The position numbers and the translations under genes were made by a program. From Mobula hypostoma (taxonomy: Eukaryota): 64,000 nt of DNA. Positions 49,696 through 62,899 of the stretch are shown here, one piece after another. The notes beneath the pieces were generated by a model. That model worked only from the letters and a program-made list of their open reading frames with translations. It ran no database searches and was not told the DNA's origin. The stretch lies in NCBI RefSeq assembly GCF_963921235.1, contig NC_086097.1:22818001-22882000 (forward strand), in the 5' to 3' direction. Position 1 is the first letter of the stretch. Each line of letters starts with the position of its first letter.

Positions 49696-50269
49696 TTTAA
49701 ATAAAATATTCATGTGGTTCACCTTTATATCTGGGTTAACTGCAATTAACAATGAGCAGAAGTACTTCGTTTGGATTCAGACGCTGAGCATGGATGGAAT
49801 GTGTTTAGTTAATGATAAAGGGTTGTTTAATGAAGGTTTAATTTAACCACCTCTGCCAAATCAGTTCATCACAATCAATTGATGGCACAGCATTTATTAT
49901 CCTTGTCAATCAGTTTCAAATAAAATACAACGCTCTTTTGGGTATCAGTCGTTTCTGAATTATGTTACATGCATATTATTGATTATACTTTACACCATGA
50001 AATCTAAAACTTTCATCAAACGTTAGAAGCATTGATTCAATTTGAGAAGGTGACCCTTGCAGCTAAGGGGCATCATGTTAGTGGATGTCATTTGGAGCAC
50101 AGTGCAAGTCTCAAAGGGTAATGTAGGAATCTAATCATAAACATACTGTATATTGCTGAAACGTGACAGTAAACTCATTTTGCTTTCTGGTCATGGCCGT
50201 ATGGTCCCTAGCTTTGGTTGCTCCACAAGTAGAAACTTACTTTAGATTTTCAGCTGCCATTATCTACTG

Positions 50270-53104
50270 ATGATAGTAAGTATTACAGAAGATATAAGCA
50301 GCTGAAAGAAAAGGGTTAAAGGACCCTATGGGAGATTTCTATAGGTCTCCAAACAGTAGCCAGGATGTGGGGTACAAATCACAATGGGAGGTAGAATAGG
50401 CATGTTAAAAGGCCGATTTATGATAAGACAAAGGGGATCTCAATATGCATGTTCGTTTGTTACGTGCTGTGTTGTATGACATGGGCAATAATGGTCTTTC
50501 CATGACCATGATTGTTCTTGGCAAATTTTCCTGCAGAAGTGGTTTGCCATTGCCTTCTTCTGGGCAATGTCTTTACAAGATGGGTGACCCCAGCCAGTAT
50601 CAGTACTCTTCAGAGATTGACTGCCTGGTGTCAGTAGTCACATAGCCGGGACTTGTGATATGCGCCAGTATCTCATATGACCCTCTATCTCCTGCTCCCA
50701 TGACTTCACATGACACTGATCAGAGGGGGCTAAGCAGGTGCTACGCCTTGCCCAAGGGTGGCCTGCAGGCTAGTGGAGGGGAGGAACACCTCACACCTCC
50801 TTTGCTAGAGCCACCCGCCACAAAAATATGCAGGGAAATTGGGAAAATCAGGTTGGTGCTGGATCCAAAGAAAAATCATTTTTTAGAATCAGATGTCTTT
50901 TTAGAACAGTTCGTGATCAAGCCCACCAGAGAAAAGGCAATTCTAGATTTGATATTGGGAAATGAACCAGATTTGGTTAGGGAACTTGAGGTAAATAAAT
51001 CCTGAGGAGGCAGTGATCCTAATATGATAAAATTCACCTTGCAGTTTGAGAGGGTGAAGATAAAGTCAGATGTATCATTATCAAAGTTGAGCAAAGTTAG
51101 CTACAGAGGCATGAGAGAGGAGCTGGACAAAGTTCTTTGGAAGGATATACTAGTAGGGATGATGGCAGAACAACAATGGCTGGAGTTTCTGGAAGCAACT
51201 TGGAAGACGCAGGACTAGTTCACCCAAAAGAAGAAGTCGCATTTGAAAAGAATGATGAGGCAAACTTGACTGACAAGGGAAGTCAAAGACAGCATCAAAG
51301 CCAAAGAGGGGGCATAGAATATAGCAAAAATCAGTGACAGGCTGGAGGATTGGAAAGCTTTAAAGAAAAACAACAGAAGACAACCATAAAAAGCCATAAG
51401 GAGAGAAAATAAAAGAATACCAGAAGTTTTTTTTCAGATATATAAAGAGTAAAAGAGAGGCGAAAATGGGCATTGGACTGTTGGAAAATAATGCTGGAGA
51501 GGTAGTAATGGGGAATAAAGTGTCAGATGAACTGAATAAGTACTTAACGTCAGTCTTCACTGAGGAAGACATAAGCAACATACCAGGAATTCGATGTAGC
51601 CAGGAGGCAGAAGTGACAGTAGTTGCTATTTTTATGGAGAAGGCGCGTGTAAAGCTGAAAAAACTGAAGGTAGATAAGTTACCTAAACTGGTAGCCTTCA
51701 GTGCATGATTCTGAAGGAGCTAGCTGAAGAGATTGTGGAGGCATTAGTAGTGATCTTTCAAGAATGATTGAATGATTCTGCAAGACTGAAAATCACAAAT
51801 GTCACTACACTCTTTAGGGTGGGAGGGAGGAAGTCAGGCTAGTTAGCCTGATCTCAGTGTTTGGTCAGCTGTCAGAATCCATTATTAAAGATGAGGATTT
51901 GGGATACCTGGAGCACATGATAAAATAGGTCAAAGTCAACACGTTTTACATCAGGGGAAATTTTGTTTGACAAATCTGTTGGAATTATTTGAGGAACTAA
52001 CAGGCTAGATAGACGAGGGAGAGTTCGAAAGCCTTTGACAAGGTGCTGCACAAGATAGAAGTCGGTGGTTTAACAGAAAAGATAATATTATGGATAGACG
52101 ATTGGCTGTCTAGCAGGAGGCAAAGAGTGGGTATAAAGGGAGCCTCTCCTGGTTGGTTGCTGTCGACTAGTAGTGCTCCACAGGGATTGGTATTGGGACC
52201 ACTACTTTTCGGGTTATTTGTTAATGATCTGGATGATGGACGTGATGGCTTTGCGGTCAAATTTGCGGATGATTGAAAAAAGATTGGATGGGCAGGTAGT
52301 TTTGAGGAAGGAGGGAGCCTATAGAAGGACTTTGACAGATGAAGAGAATTGGCAGAGAAGTGGCAGATAGAATACAGTGTTGGGAAGTGTGTGGTCATGC
52401 ACTTTGGTAGAAGGAATAAAGTCACGGTCTGTTTTCGAAACTGGGCGTGAATTCAGAAGTCAGAGGTGCAAAGGGAGATGGGAGCCGTATCCTAGTGCAG
52501 GAATCCGTAAAGGTTAATCTATAGGTTGAGTCGGTGGTAAGGATGGCAAGAAATGGGTCAGACTGTACTTGGATTACTGTGAGCGGTTTTGAGTCCCTTA
52601 TCAAAGAAAGGAAGTGCTGGCATTGAAGAGGGTCCAGAGAAAGTTTGTAAGAATGATCCTAGAAAAGAAGGGTTTAATATAAGGAGTGTTTGATGCCTCT
52701 GGGCCTGTACCGCTGGAGTTTGGAAGAATGAGGGGAGGGTTCTAATTGAAACCTACTGAATATAGAAGGGCCAAGATAGAGTAAATTTGGAAAGGATGTT
52801 TTCTATAGTGGGAAAGGCTAGGACTAGAGGGTATAACTTCACAATTGTAGGACCTCCTTTTAAAATTGAAATGAGGAGTAATTTCTTTAGGGTGGTGAAT
52901 TATTGGGGTTCATTGCCACAGATGGTTGCAGAGGCCAAGCCATTAGCTATATTTAAAGCAAAGGTTGATAGGTTCTTGATTAGTTAGAGTGTCAAAGGAA
53001 AAGATGTTGGAATGGGGTTGAGAAGGAAAATAAATCAGCCATGGTTGAATGGTAAAGCAGACTCGATGGGCTGAATCGCCTAATTCTGTTCCTATATCTT
53101 ATGG
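50270..53104 (+). mobile_element. Long degenerate CR1/HER1 LINE ORF2 (endonuclease C-part, RT, 3' UTR)
   Basis: FLEQFVIKPTREKAILDLILGNEP, LNKYLTSVFTEED, KAFDKV, WIDDWLSSRRQRV, SSAPQGLVLGPLLF..FVNDLDD...KFADD; many stops and frameshifts. Confidence 0.95.
50450..50824 (-). mobile_element. Short retroposon with RTE-type tail nested in CR1, 8-bp TSD
   Basis: GAAGGCAATGGCAAACCACTTC on minus strand (RTE-type 3' motif); AATATGCA at 50442-50449 and 50825-50832. Confidence 0.75.
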
Positions 53105-53107
53105 GGT

Positions 53108-53462
53108 TACAGAAACATAGAAAACCTACAGCACAATACAGGCCCTTCGGCCCGCAAAGCTGTGCCGAATATGTCCTTATCTTAGAAATTACCGAGGGTT
53201 TCCCATAGCCCTCTATTTTTCTGAGCTCCATGTACCTGTCCAGGAGTCTCTTAAAAGACCCTATTGTATCTGCCTCCACCACCATCGCCGGCAGCCCATT
53301 CCACGCACTCACCACTCTCTGCGTAATAAACTTACCCCTGACGTCTCCCCTGTACCTACTTCCAAGCACCTTAAAACTGTGCCCTCTCGTGCTAGCCATT
53401 CCAGCCATAGGAAAAAGCCTCTGACTATCCATGATCAATGCCTCTTATCATCTTATACACCG
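53108..53462 (-). mobile_element. Young CR1 3' end, tail-to-tail with the long CR1
   Basis: SQRLFPMAGMASTRGHSFKVLGSRYRGDVRGKFITQRVVSAWNGLP. Confidence 0.92.
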
Positions 53463-53984
53463 ATATGGTCTGAATAACAGAGTATTGAACTTTGCCTCAT
53501 TTAACATTATAATAGATCTCCCTGCTGTTAAATTACTTAAAATTAATTTTCCATTAATGTGGGTTGGCTGAAGAAGAAGAAATGGTATAAATTCCAAATT
53601 ATATCATAAACCTTTTCTACTATTGCAACATATAGATGGCAATTCTATAGTGTGCCAGGTATCAATGCGGCCAAGTGCTTGTTATATTGCAACACAAGAT
53701 TTAATTTTAAGAGACTGCAAGGCAGCATTACTGGCCCTGCAGAATTACCCTGGAGTATCTAGGAATTTATGATTAAGTTGAACGAAGCTGAATAAGACCC
53801 AAGATGAAACAAAACCTCAAATGGCATTAAAAACATAACTTATTGAAAATAAATATCGAGAGAGGAAGGACTTTTGACTGAAAATCAAGAAATACCTAAA
53901 ATAATTGTTATCTTTTTACTCTTATGGTCCCTTCAGGATATCCCAGAGCTTTAAATAACAGTATAATACTACTTTAATGTTGTG

Positions 53985-54355
53985 AGATGCCGTAAAAATT
54001 AGGCCATTCAGCCTGTTAATTCTGCTCTACCATTCCATCATGGCTGCTCTATTATCCCGTTCAACCCTATTTTCCTGCTTTCTGCCCATAATGTTTGACA
54101 CCCTGACTAATCAAGAACCTTTCAACCTCCACTTTAAATATACCCAATGACTTGGCGTCCACAGCCATCTATGGTAATGAATTCCACAGATTCACCACCC
54201 TCTGCCAAAAGAAATTCCTTCTCATCTCTGTGCTAAAGGGGCATCCTTCTTTTCTTATCTGTGCCCTCCACATCCACTCCAGTTAGGCTCTTCAATAGGT
54301 TTCAATCAGAACTCCCGGACATATTTCTAAACTCCAGCGAGTACAGCCCCAGAGC
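53985..54355 (-). mobile_element. CR1/HER1 3' fragment
   Basis: ttaggccattcagcc...gaattccacagattcaccaccctctg. Confidence 0.85.
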
Positions 54356-54599
54356 ATCATTTTGCATTGATAACCACAGATATCCTTAGGCTATAGAAGA
54401 CTCTAGATTAACACATATCTTCCTAATTGTTTTGTGTCATGCTACATCCATAGTTTTCTCTTTCTTGATTCAATGCGGTTTGCAGGCTGATAAGGCATTT
54501 CAAGGATCATTCGTCTTTTGATAGATCTACGCACCGAAAAAGTCTTCAAGATTTTCCAACCAAAGTCACTGAGATTTTCTCAAATTAAAAAGATTATTT

Positions 54600-55412
54600 G
54601 ACCACCGGTCAGCAATGGTACAGTGATTCAGCGAGATACAGTCTTACACACTGTTCATACAGATTACACTGTGTATTGAGGTAGAACGAGGTGAAACAAT
54701 ATCAGAATGCAGAATAAAATGTAAAGGCTACAAAGAAAGTACAGTGCAGATAAACAACAAAGTGTAAGATCATAATGAGGTCGATTGTGAGGTCAAGTTC
54801 TTATACCAGGGGACAGTTTAATAGTTTTATAACAAAGGGGTAGAAGCTGTCCTTTAGCCTAGTTTTATGTGCTTTCAGGCGTTTGTATATCCTGCCTGGT
54901 GGGAGAGGGAGAATCAGAATCAGGTTTAATATCACTGGCAAATTTCTTAACTTTGCGAGAGCAGTACAATGCAATACACGAAAAATATAGAAAAAATTGA
55001 ATTACTGTAAATATCTATGTATATTAAATAGTTAAGTTAAAGTAAGTAGTTGAAAAACAGAAGTAAATTTTAAAAAGCAGTGAGGTGGGTGTTCATGGGT
55101 TCAATGTCCATTTAGAAATCGGATGGCAGAGGGGAAGAAGCTGTTCCTGAATCGCTGAGTGTGTGCCTTCAGGTTTCTGTACCTCCTTCCTGATGTTAAC
55201 AGTGTGAAGAGGACGTGCCCTGGGGTGATGGGGGTCCTTGATGATGAAAGTCACTTTTCTGAGGCACCGCTCCTTGAAGGTGTCTTGGATACTTTGGAGG
55301 CTAGTATCCATGGTGGAGCTGATTAATTTTACAACTCTCTGCAGCTTCCTTCAATCCTGTGCAGTAGCTCCCCCCCCCCCCCAATCCCAGATGGAGATGC
55401 AGCCAGTCAGAA
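54600..55412 (-). mobile_element. Two stacked Rex1/Babar-type LINE 3' ends
   Basis: MDTSLQSIQDTFKERCLRKVTFIIKDPHHP; gaatcagaatcaggtttaat tail at ~54911. Confidence 0.85.
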
Positions 55413-55938
55413 GAGAGAATATTCGCGGTGGGTGAGGTTCTTGATTATGCTAGCTGCCTCACTGAGACAGCAAAAAGTAGAGACAGAAACGATGGAGAGG
55501 AGGCTGGTGACATGTTTAAATCAAACCTGTTAAACCATTACTGTCTGGTATGGTGGGGCCAATGCGTGGGATCAGGAAAATGCTGCAGAAAGTTGCAAAC
55601 TCAGCCAGCTCCATCAAGGGCAATAGCCTCCCCAGCATCGAGGACATCTTCAAAGAACAATGCCTCAAAAAGGCATCATCCTTCATAAAGGACTCCCATC
55701 ACTCAGGGCATGCCCTCTTTTGAACAAATTCAGTGTTGAAATGAAAATAAGACAACAGCAAATTTGTGCATAACAAGATCCTGCAAAGAACGATAAACTT
55801 TTTTTTTTGGGTGCTGAATACTGACAAAAACAAGAAGAGTTTTCTCCTGGTGATTCACCTGAGAGGGCAGCTGACATCTCTTCTAATGGAGGGAACTCTC
55901 ATCAGTTCAGAATATTTTAACTAAGCTCATGGAATATA

Positions 55939-55996
55939 CACTCAATGGTCACTTTGTTAGGTATACCTGTAGACTTGCTCATTAATGCAAATATCT
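55939..55996 (+). mobile_element. Tc1 terminal fragment
   Basis: TA|CACTCAATGGTCACTTTGTTAGGTATACC. Confidence 0.7.
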
Positions 55997-56594
55997 TTGT
56001 GAACTTCAGTTCAGAACATTATTTGCTTATGCTTATTGTTTATTTTTTTTCCCTCTGCGCATTGGGTGTTTGACAGTCTTTTTTTAAATGGGTTCTTTTG
56101 GGTTTCTTTGTTTTCGTGGCTGCCTGTTAGGAGATGAATCTCAAGGGTGTATAATGTATATGCACTTTGATAATAATGTACTTTGAACTTTGAACTTCAG
56201 TTCTCTTTCCACTCCATTACATTTTTTTTACACAGCTAGCTATTTCATTTTAGTTTTGATTTCCAATCTAAATTCTCTAATATTGTTCTGGGCAATGAGA
56301 CAACATCTAAAGTTTTATAGGAGTATATCTAACCTAGTTATTAGCTATAACATAATAAGAAAAATTTAGAGATAACGTCAATGAGAATTTAAGGAGCACT
56401 GTGCCTCAGTACGTTTTACATTCTTTGCAAGCACTTTTATAGAAAGAAATATAAATATTTATGTCAATTGGTAGCAATACCAGAGGAATTTTTCCTAAAT
56501 GAGTTTAATCAAAACTGCTTGGTGGCTGAGACTTTTCAAGTAATATTGTAGTTCTACTCAATTGACTGTCCAATATTCTACAATTATATAGAAA

Positions 56595-56845
56595 GATAGA
56601 TAGATAGATAGATAGATACTTTATTGATCCCAAAGGAAATTACAGTATCACAGTAGCATTACAAGTGCACAGATATAAACATTAGAAGAGAAGTAGAAAG
56701 AATAAAAATAAGTTACTACAAACAGTCTAACAGGAGGGGGGTGGTGTCATCACTTCCCTGGCTATAGGTTGACTTATTACAGAGCCTAATGGCTGAGAGT
56801 AAGCATCACCTCATATCGTGCTCTTTGGAGCAGCCTGTTGTCTTA
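56595..56845 (-). mobile_element. Non-LTR element 3' end with (TATC)n tail
   Basis: (GATA)6 at 56595-56618 followed by ctttattgatcccaaaggaaattacag (AATAAA on minus strand). Confidence 0.7.
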
Positions 56846-56984
56846 GTCAGTACTTAGTCATATGGAAGTGCTGTCAGTTTAAATCCAAAAACAGTTGGTA
56901 AGAAACGTTGGAAAGAGCTTAACAGTCTTACTGGAGACCATCTTTTTTTCATTCTGCTTAAATACATAGACTATAATGTAGATT

Positions 56985-57225
56985 ATAGTCTTGATGAAGG
57001 GTCTCAGGCTGAACTGTTGATTGTTTATTCATTTCCATAGATGCTGCCTGACCTATTGAGGTCCTCCAGCATTTTTTGTGGGTTGCTCTGGACTTCCAGC
57101 ATCTGCAGAATCTAAACTGTCTGGAAATCCAGAGTAGCACACACAAGATGCTGGAGGAACTCAGCAGGTCTGCCAGCATCTGTGAAAATGAATAAACAGT
57201 CGATGTTTCAGGCCGGGATCCCTGT
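56985..57225. mobile_element. Tail-to-tail inverted dimer of Penelope family A cassettes
   Basis: Plus copy ~56985-57112, minus copy ~57120-57222; flanked by CTATAATGT at 56971-56979 and 57228-57236. Confidence 0.85.
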
Positions 57226-57819
57226 GTCTATAATGTGGGTTGTCCTTGTGGTGTAGGCCAAATTTCCTCTATGCTCAGTTGATCTTCATAGCCAAAAAAA
57301 AAAGCCAAAGAAAAAAATTTTCCAGTGATAACGTTGAGCACATTCTCTTGAGCATTCAAAGTAAAATTTCTTTCCCCTGCTTCTGTTAATGAATGTGCAA
57401 TAACAGTTTATGTTACTGACTTCACTAATTAAAATGCACTTAATCTGTGGTATGGAAACGAGAGATACAGTTCCTTTTAGTCAAGTGTGGTGTGAAAGTA
57501 GTTTGTCTGGCTGGATATTTGAAAGCTGTCAAGCATTATTTTCACTTTTCCTCTGGTATTTTGCAGAGCTGCAACTGATTTCTGTTATTTACTGCTATTC
57601 ATCAGGTTCTAGTTAATTCAGAAGTAGACGTCTGATATTTACAAGCTGAGTAGCTTGACAGAATCACGAGTGAAAGTCACTAGCATGCATTTACATGCAG
57701 ATTGTTGAATATTTTGTTCATTTGATGTGAAGAGTTGAAATGGTCTTTAAATTTTAATCAGCAATCACTAGTTCAGGAGTGATTTGTGGAGTTTTCCGGG
57801 AAGTTTCAATTCCTCAACG

Positions 57820-58465
57820 GTACAACATCACCTCCCTGAATAAGAAGGCACAGCAGCACCTCTACTTCCTAAGGAGAGTGAGGCAGGCAAGGCACCGACC
57901 CCCCCCCCCACCCTACCCTTAACTGAATTTTACAGATGTACCATTGAGAGCATCCTAACAAGCTGCATCTCCATCTGTATAGGAGCTGCAGAGCACACTG
58001 GACTGGAAGTCCCTACAAAGGACTGGAGAATGGGCGACAGGATCATAGGGGTCTCCCTACCATTCATCGGGACCATTTGTCAGGAGCGCTGTGTACACAG
58101 GGCCCTTAGTATTATCAAGGATCACAGCCATCTATCCAACATCCTCTTTGACTTTCTACCACCAGCCAGGAGACTCTGATGCATAATGACGGTCAGGATG
58201 GGGAATTGTTTCTTCCCTCAGGCCATTAGGCTTTTGAACTCCCTGCCACATCGCATTCAAAGGGTCACCGGTTAATTTGTTCTGTACCCGACAATATTTA
58301 ATTTATGTACTGTTTAATTTATGAGTAATTCATTTTTAGATTTTATTCTTACTTTCCAAAGATATTGTGTGTTTAATGTGTGTTATGTGCTTCACACCCT
58401 GGTCCGGGGAACTATTGTCTCATTTGACGATATACATGTATATAGTTAAATAAACATGACTTGAC
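57820..58465 (+). mobile_element. Rex1/Babar-type LINE 3' part
   Basis: KKAQQHLYFLRR, FYRCTIESILTSCI, FFPQAIRLLNS. Confidence 0.88.
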
Positions 58466-59129
58466 AATTATCAGAAAACTCAAAAATATTCTGTTCATTT
58501 ACCATTAAGCAATTAAACATGAATTTATTGCTGCCTTTAATTGAAGTCAACAGTTGTATGCTATTTGGGTGTAAAGCTGTGGTTCACAATAAGAATCAAT
58601 GTTATGTTTTGTATCTTCAAAACATGAAACTAATTCAAAAAAAGACACATAAGTCAGAAATACAGATCTAACTTTGCCTTTCAGTGAGGTGCACATGTAA
58701 CACGTGGTAGTGTGTTGACATATGGAATTCACGTATTTTACATATAATCCATAATCAATGATTTAAATAAACAAGAATGCTTTGTCTGCCTATATACACA
58801 AGATTACTCAAATATTATTGAAATATTAAATACACAACATTCAGAGATGTTGATTTTTTAAAATCTGACCATTGTGGCTTCAAAGTTATTCTTCTTACCT
58901 TGAATAATTTCTCTTTTGAATGTGGAAAACAGTCCCAGCCTAACCAACCTCTCCTTGTATCTCAAACCTTCCAGTCCTGTCAGCATCTGTGGGCACCTTT
59001 TCTGCACCCTTTCTTAATCACATCCTTCCTGTCGCATATTGGCCAGAACTGCACACGATATTCCCAGTATGGGCTCGGTAGTTCTTGAGCAACTGTCATA
59101 ACTTTTGTACTCAATGCCCTGACCAAATT

Positions 59130-59610
59130 AAGAATCAGAATCAGGTTTATTACCACTGAGGTATGTCATGATATATGTTGATTTGGGCAGAAGTACGGTG
59201 CAATTCATAAAAATTACTGTAAGTTACAATAAGGATGTATAAAAACTAAATCAATAATGCATAAAAAGAGCAAAAGAGGGAGGTGGTGCGACAGCTTAAT
59301 GGACCGTTTGCAAATCTGATGGCCGAGGGGAAGGCTTGTTCCTGAAACATTGAGTGTGTGTTTTCAGGCTCCTGTACCTTTTCAATGATGTTATTAATGA
59401 GAAGATGGCATGTTCTGGATAGTGATGGCTCTTCATGACGGATGCCACCTTCTTGGGGCATCAGCTTTTGAAGATGCCCTCAATGGTGGGGAGGCTAGTG
59501 CCCGCGATGGAGCTGGTTGAGTTTACAACCCTCCGCGGCCTTTTCCATTTCTGTGCATTGGCGCCACCATACCAGGTAATAATGCAACCAATCGAAGTGC
59601 TCTCCGAGGT
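59130..59610 (-). mobile_element. Rex1/Babar-type LINE 3' part
   Basis: ESTSIGCIITWYGGANAQKWKRPRRVVNSTSSIAGTSLPTIEGIFKS. Confidence 0.88.
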
Positions 59611-60177
59611 ACCACGGCACCAAAGAAGGCAAGGATGCCATATGCCTTCTTTCACCTCTACCATTTTCAGGGAACTCTGTATTTGTCTGTCTGTGCTGCA
59701 ACACTCCTTATAGGCCCTTCCAGTCACCAAAATGCATCTTCTTGAGTAAATTCTATCCGACACTGGACCGCGACTGAGGATTTCTTAATATAAGGTGGGG
59801 GGGGGGGGGTAAAGGAATGTGCTCTGATTTAAAATAGCAGGCATGGTTTGTTGGTGTAATTAGTCATAGTGTTTTTTATTCATAAGCTGCGATTGCATTT
59901 TGTTTGGACCAGATTGCAAGGCGGATAGCAAATTACTTTGTGACCCTTTTAACCTGTTACAAACAACACTCTAAAACTGTCATTACCCGTTAAAATTGCT
60001 TTGTGCTCAGAAAGGTTAGAGAAGGAATGCAGAAACCCACTCTGATGCACTTTCAATGCTGTGTACTCAATAATGATGATGCAATGCCAACGACACAATG
60101 TTTGGTTTCCCTTGGGGGGGAGAAAAACATACTAATTCTGGAATACAATCTTCAAACTATTGATAAAAAATAAAGGA

Positions 60178-60700
60178 TAGAATCAGAATCAGGTTTATTA
60201 CACCAACATGTGATGTGAAATTTGTTAACTTAGCAGCAGCAGCAGTTCAATGCAATACATAATATAGAAGAGAAAAAAAGAATAAATAATATAATAAATA
60301 AGTAAATCAATTACAGTATATGTACACTGAATAGATTAAAAAAACGTGCAAAAAACAGAAATACTGTATATTTTAAAAAGTGAGGTAGTGTCCAAAGGTT
60401 CAATGTCCATTTAGGAATCGGATGGCAGAGGGGAAGAAGCTGTTCCTGAACCTCTGAGTGTGTGCCTTTGGGCTTCTGTACCTCCTACCTGATGGTAACA
60501 GTGAGAATGCCCTGGGTGCTGGAGTCCTTAATAATGGACGCTGCCTTTCTGAGACACCGCTCCCTAAAGCTATCCTGGGTACTTCGTAGGCTCATACACA
60601 AGATGGAGCTGACTAGGTTTACAACCCTCTACAGCTTCTTTCAGTCCTGTGCAGTAGCCCCCACCCCCATACCAGACAGTGATGCAGAATGCTCTCCACA

Positions 60701-60734
<34 letters not shown>

Positions 60735-60875
60735 GTTTTTGAGTGTATTTTTTGACATGCCAAATCTCTTCAAACTCTTAATGAAGTGTAGCCGCTGTCT
60801 TGCCTTCTTTATAACTACATCGATATGTTGGGACCAGGTTAGATCCTCAGAGATCTTGACACCCAGGAACTTGAA
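60178..60875 (-). mobile_element. Rex1/Babar-type LINE 3' part with internal (TA)n
   Basis: FKFLGVKISEDLTWSQHID...LKRFGMSKNTLKNFY...CITVWYG; agaatcagaatcaggtttatt tail. Confidence 0.9.
60702..60731. repeat. (TA)15 microsatellite
   Basis: Direct read. Confidence 0.95.
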
Positions 60876-61285
60876 ATGAGTCTAGTATTTATCCCATTAA
60901 CACACCATAGTAGTGCATTGCTGTGTAAAGGAACTGCCAATGATGGTGGTGAACCCAAGTACAGCGAAAGATCTCAAATTAGCTCAGACTCAGACTCGAA
61001 ATAAACAAGACGCCACAAGTGCAATCCATGGGTGAAATCACAAACAGTAGTTCTAGAATTAGCACTCCTATGATTGAGCACAGAGTGCTCATCACGGGGC
61101 TTTTGGGTACAGACTCTCCATGAAGGAATGTGCCAGGCAGTAATTGGCAGTCTGAGTCTTAAAGAGACAGTGGCAGCTGACCACACTCCGGAGAATTGGA
61201 GTGCCAAAACTTGGATGCCTGCCGCTGTATAGTCGGGACCACAACAAGCTATCGTTTTAGTGGTTCTTAATCTGTTACTGTAAAC

Positions 61286-61640
61286 CAGTTTTTCCCAAAC
61301 TTCTTTGAGTTATCACCCCTTTGGCTCCAGACCATATTCCCAGTGGTTCCCCCCCCCCCATTTCAGCCCATTCCATAAAAACTGGATGAACTTTGACTTA
61401 TGATGCACAGTGAACAAAAATATGAACTTCAAATTCAAAGCAGTGACAAATAATAGCAAAAAATTATTGAAATCTATTTAATTTCACAAATAAAATTATT
61501 CCTTTATTTAATTACAGTACAAACAAATCATCAACAATTTTAGAGTGTCATTAGTAGTCCAACTATTCGCTACTTCATTGCTTTTTCACCTTTCAACGAG
61601 TTGATTGGGCTTGGTGCAGTGATGTCAGCTTCAGCTTAGG
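61286..61640 (-). mobile_element. hAT (Charlie-like) DNA transposon end
   Basis: CAGTTTTTCCCAAAC terminus; minus-strand KLTSLHQAQSTR* resembling the HQAHPSH* transposase C-terminus. Confidence 0.5.
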
Positions 61641-62268
61641 AAACTTAACATCTCAGGGCATACGCTGATGAAATTTTACTCAGCCATCAGTGAGAGTGTT
61701 GTGACCATCTCTATCACCGTTTGGTTTCCTGCTGCCTCCTCCCTCTCCAAGTCCAGGTTGCAGCTAGTGGTCCACTCAGCTACCAACATTAAAAGTCCTG
61801 TTCATCACCAGAATGAAGGAAAGAGCTGAGAAAATTACTGCTGATTCCTCCCACCCCAGTAGTCATCTATTCACCAAATTGCCATCAGGGAGGCACTACA
61901 GGTCCATCACCACCAGGACTACATGTCATCTCCGAAGCTTCTTTTCTGTAGCTATCCAGCTCCTCAACAAAACTCACTCAGGTGTAATAACCTAACTATC
62001 CCTGCACAACATCCGTTCATTGGTCTTTTCTGCTCTCCTCGTTCTGTCGATAATGATTGAGTCTGTTTATACTTTCACATTTATTTAAGTTTGATTATTG
62101 ATGTTTGTGTATGTGACTGTCCAGCAAATTGTTTATTGCTCATTGCTGACTTGTAAACTGTTGGTTGCTATTATGTTGTCTGTTTTGGTATTGTGTTTTA
62201 TGCTTGGCACCGAACCACAATCATTGGTAGTACGTTTCACATACTGGCAATAAAGTGATTTGATTCTC
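61640..62268 (+). mobile_element. Rex1/Babar-type LINE 3' part
   Basis: FYSAISESVVT..ITVWF, RAEKITADSSHPSSHLFTKLPSGRHYRSI; tail ggcaataaagtgatttgattct. Confidence 0.85.
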
Positions 62269-62667
62269 AACATCAGGGTGAATGTCACTCAGGCAGATTC
62301 TCAGATCCCCATGTTCAGTAATTTGCAGTCTGTTCGTTGCTTTGAAAGAAGCTCGACTGCACTGAAACTACACTCCACTAAGTGTGATGTTGGAGAGGCA
62401 ATGAATATCTTGACCTTTTTCCTACAGTGCAGGATAGTTTTCAGAGATTTCGTTCTGCAACCGAAAGTCTCGATATGAGTTTTTGAACCTCAGCTTCAGC
62501 TCAGTCATTTTGTAGTGAAATCTGTTCCTTCTCTATCCTTCCTGTTAATTCCTCATTACAAGAGTTCAGGAATGGATTTATTTACCCAATCTGGAACTTG
62601 AATTGAGAGAGGATCCTGAGATCTTGTTGACGTTCTTTACGTAGCTCATCCAGGTAGGCATAGCATA

Positions 62668-62806
62668 CTTGAAAACAAGAGATCCTGCAGATGCAGAAAA
62701 TCCAGGACAGCACACACAGAATGCTGGAGGACCTCAGCAGGTCAGGCAGCATCTATGGAAACAAATAAACAGTCAACGTTTTGGGCCAAGTCCGTTCATC
62801 AGGACG
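62668..62806 (-). mobile_element. Penelope family A terminal cassette
   Basis: Minus strand gtcctgatgaacggacttggcccaaaacgttgactg. Confidence 0.8.
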
Positions 62807-62899
62807 CTCATCATCTGGTATTCTTTCTTTTCTATATCTTATGGTCATAAACCCCAACTCCAATTATTTCTCATGAGATTCTCTTTGCTCAAACATATT

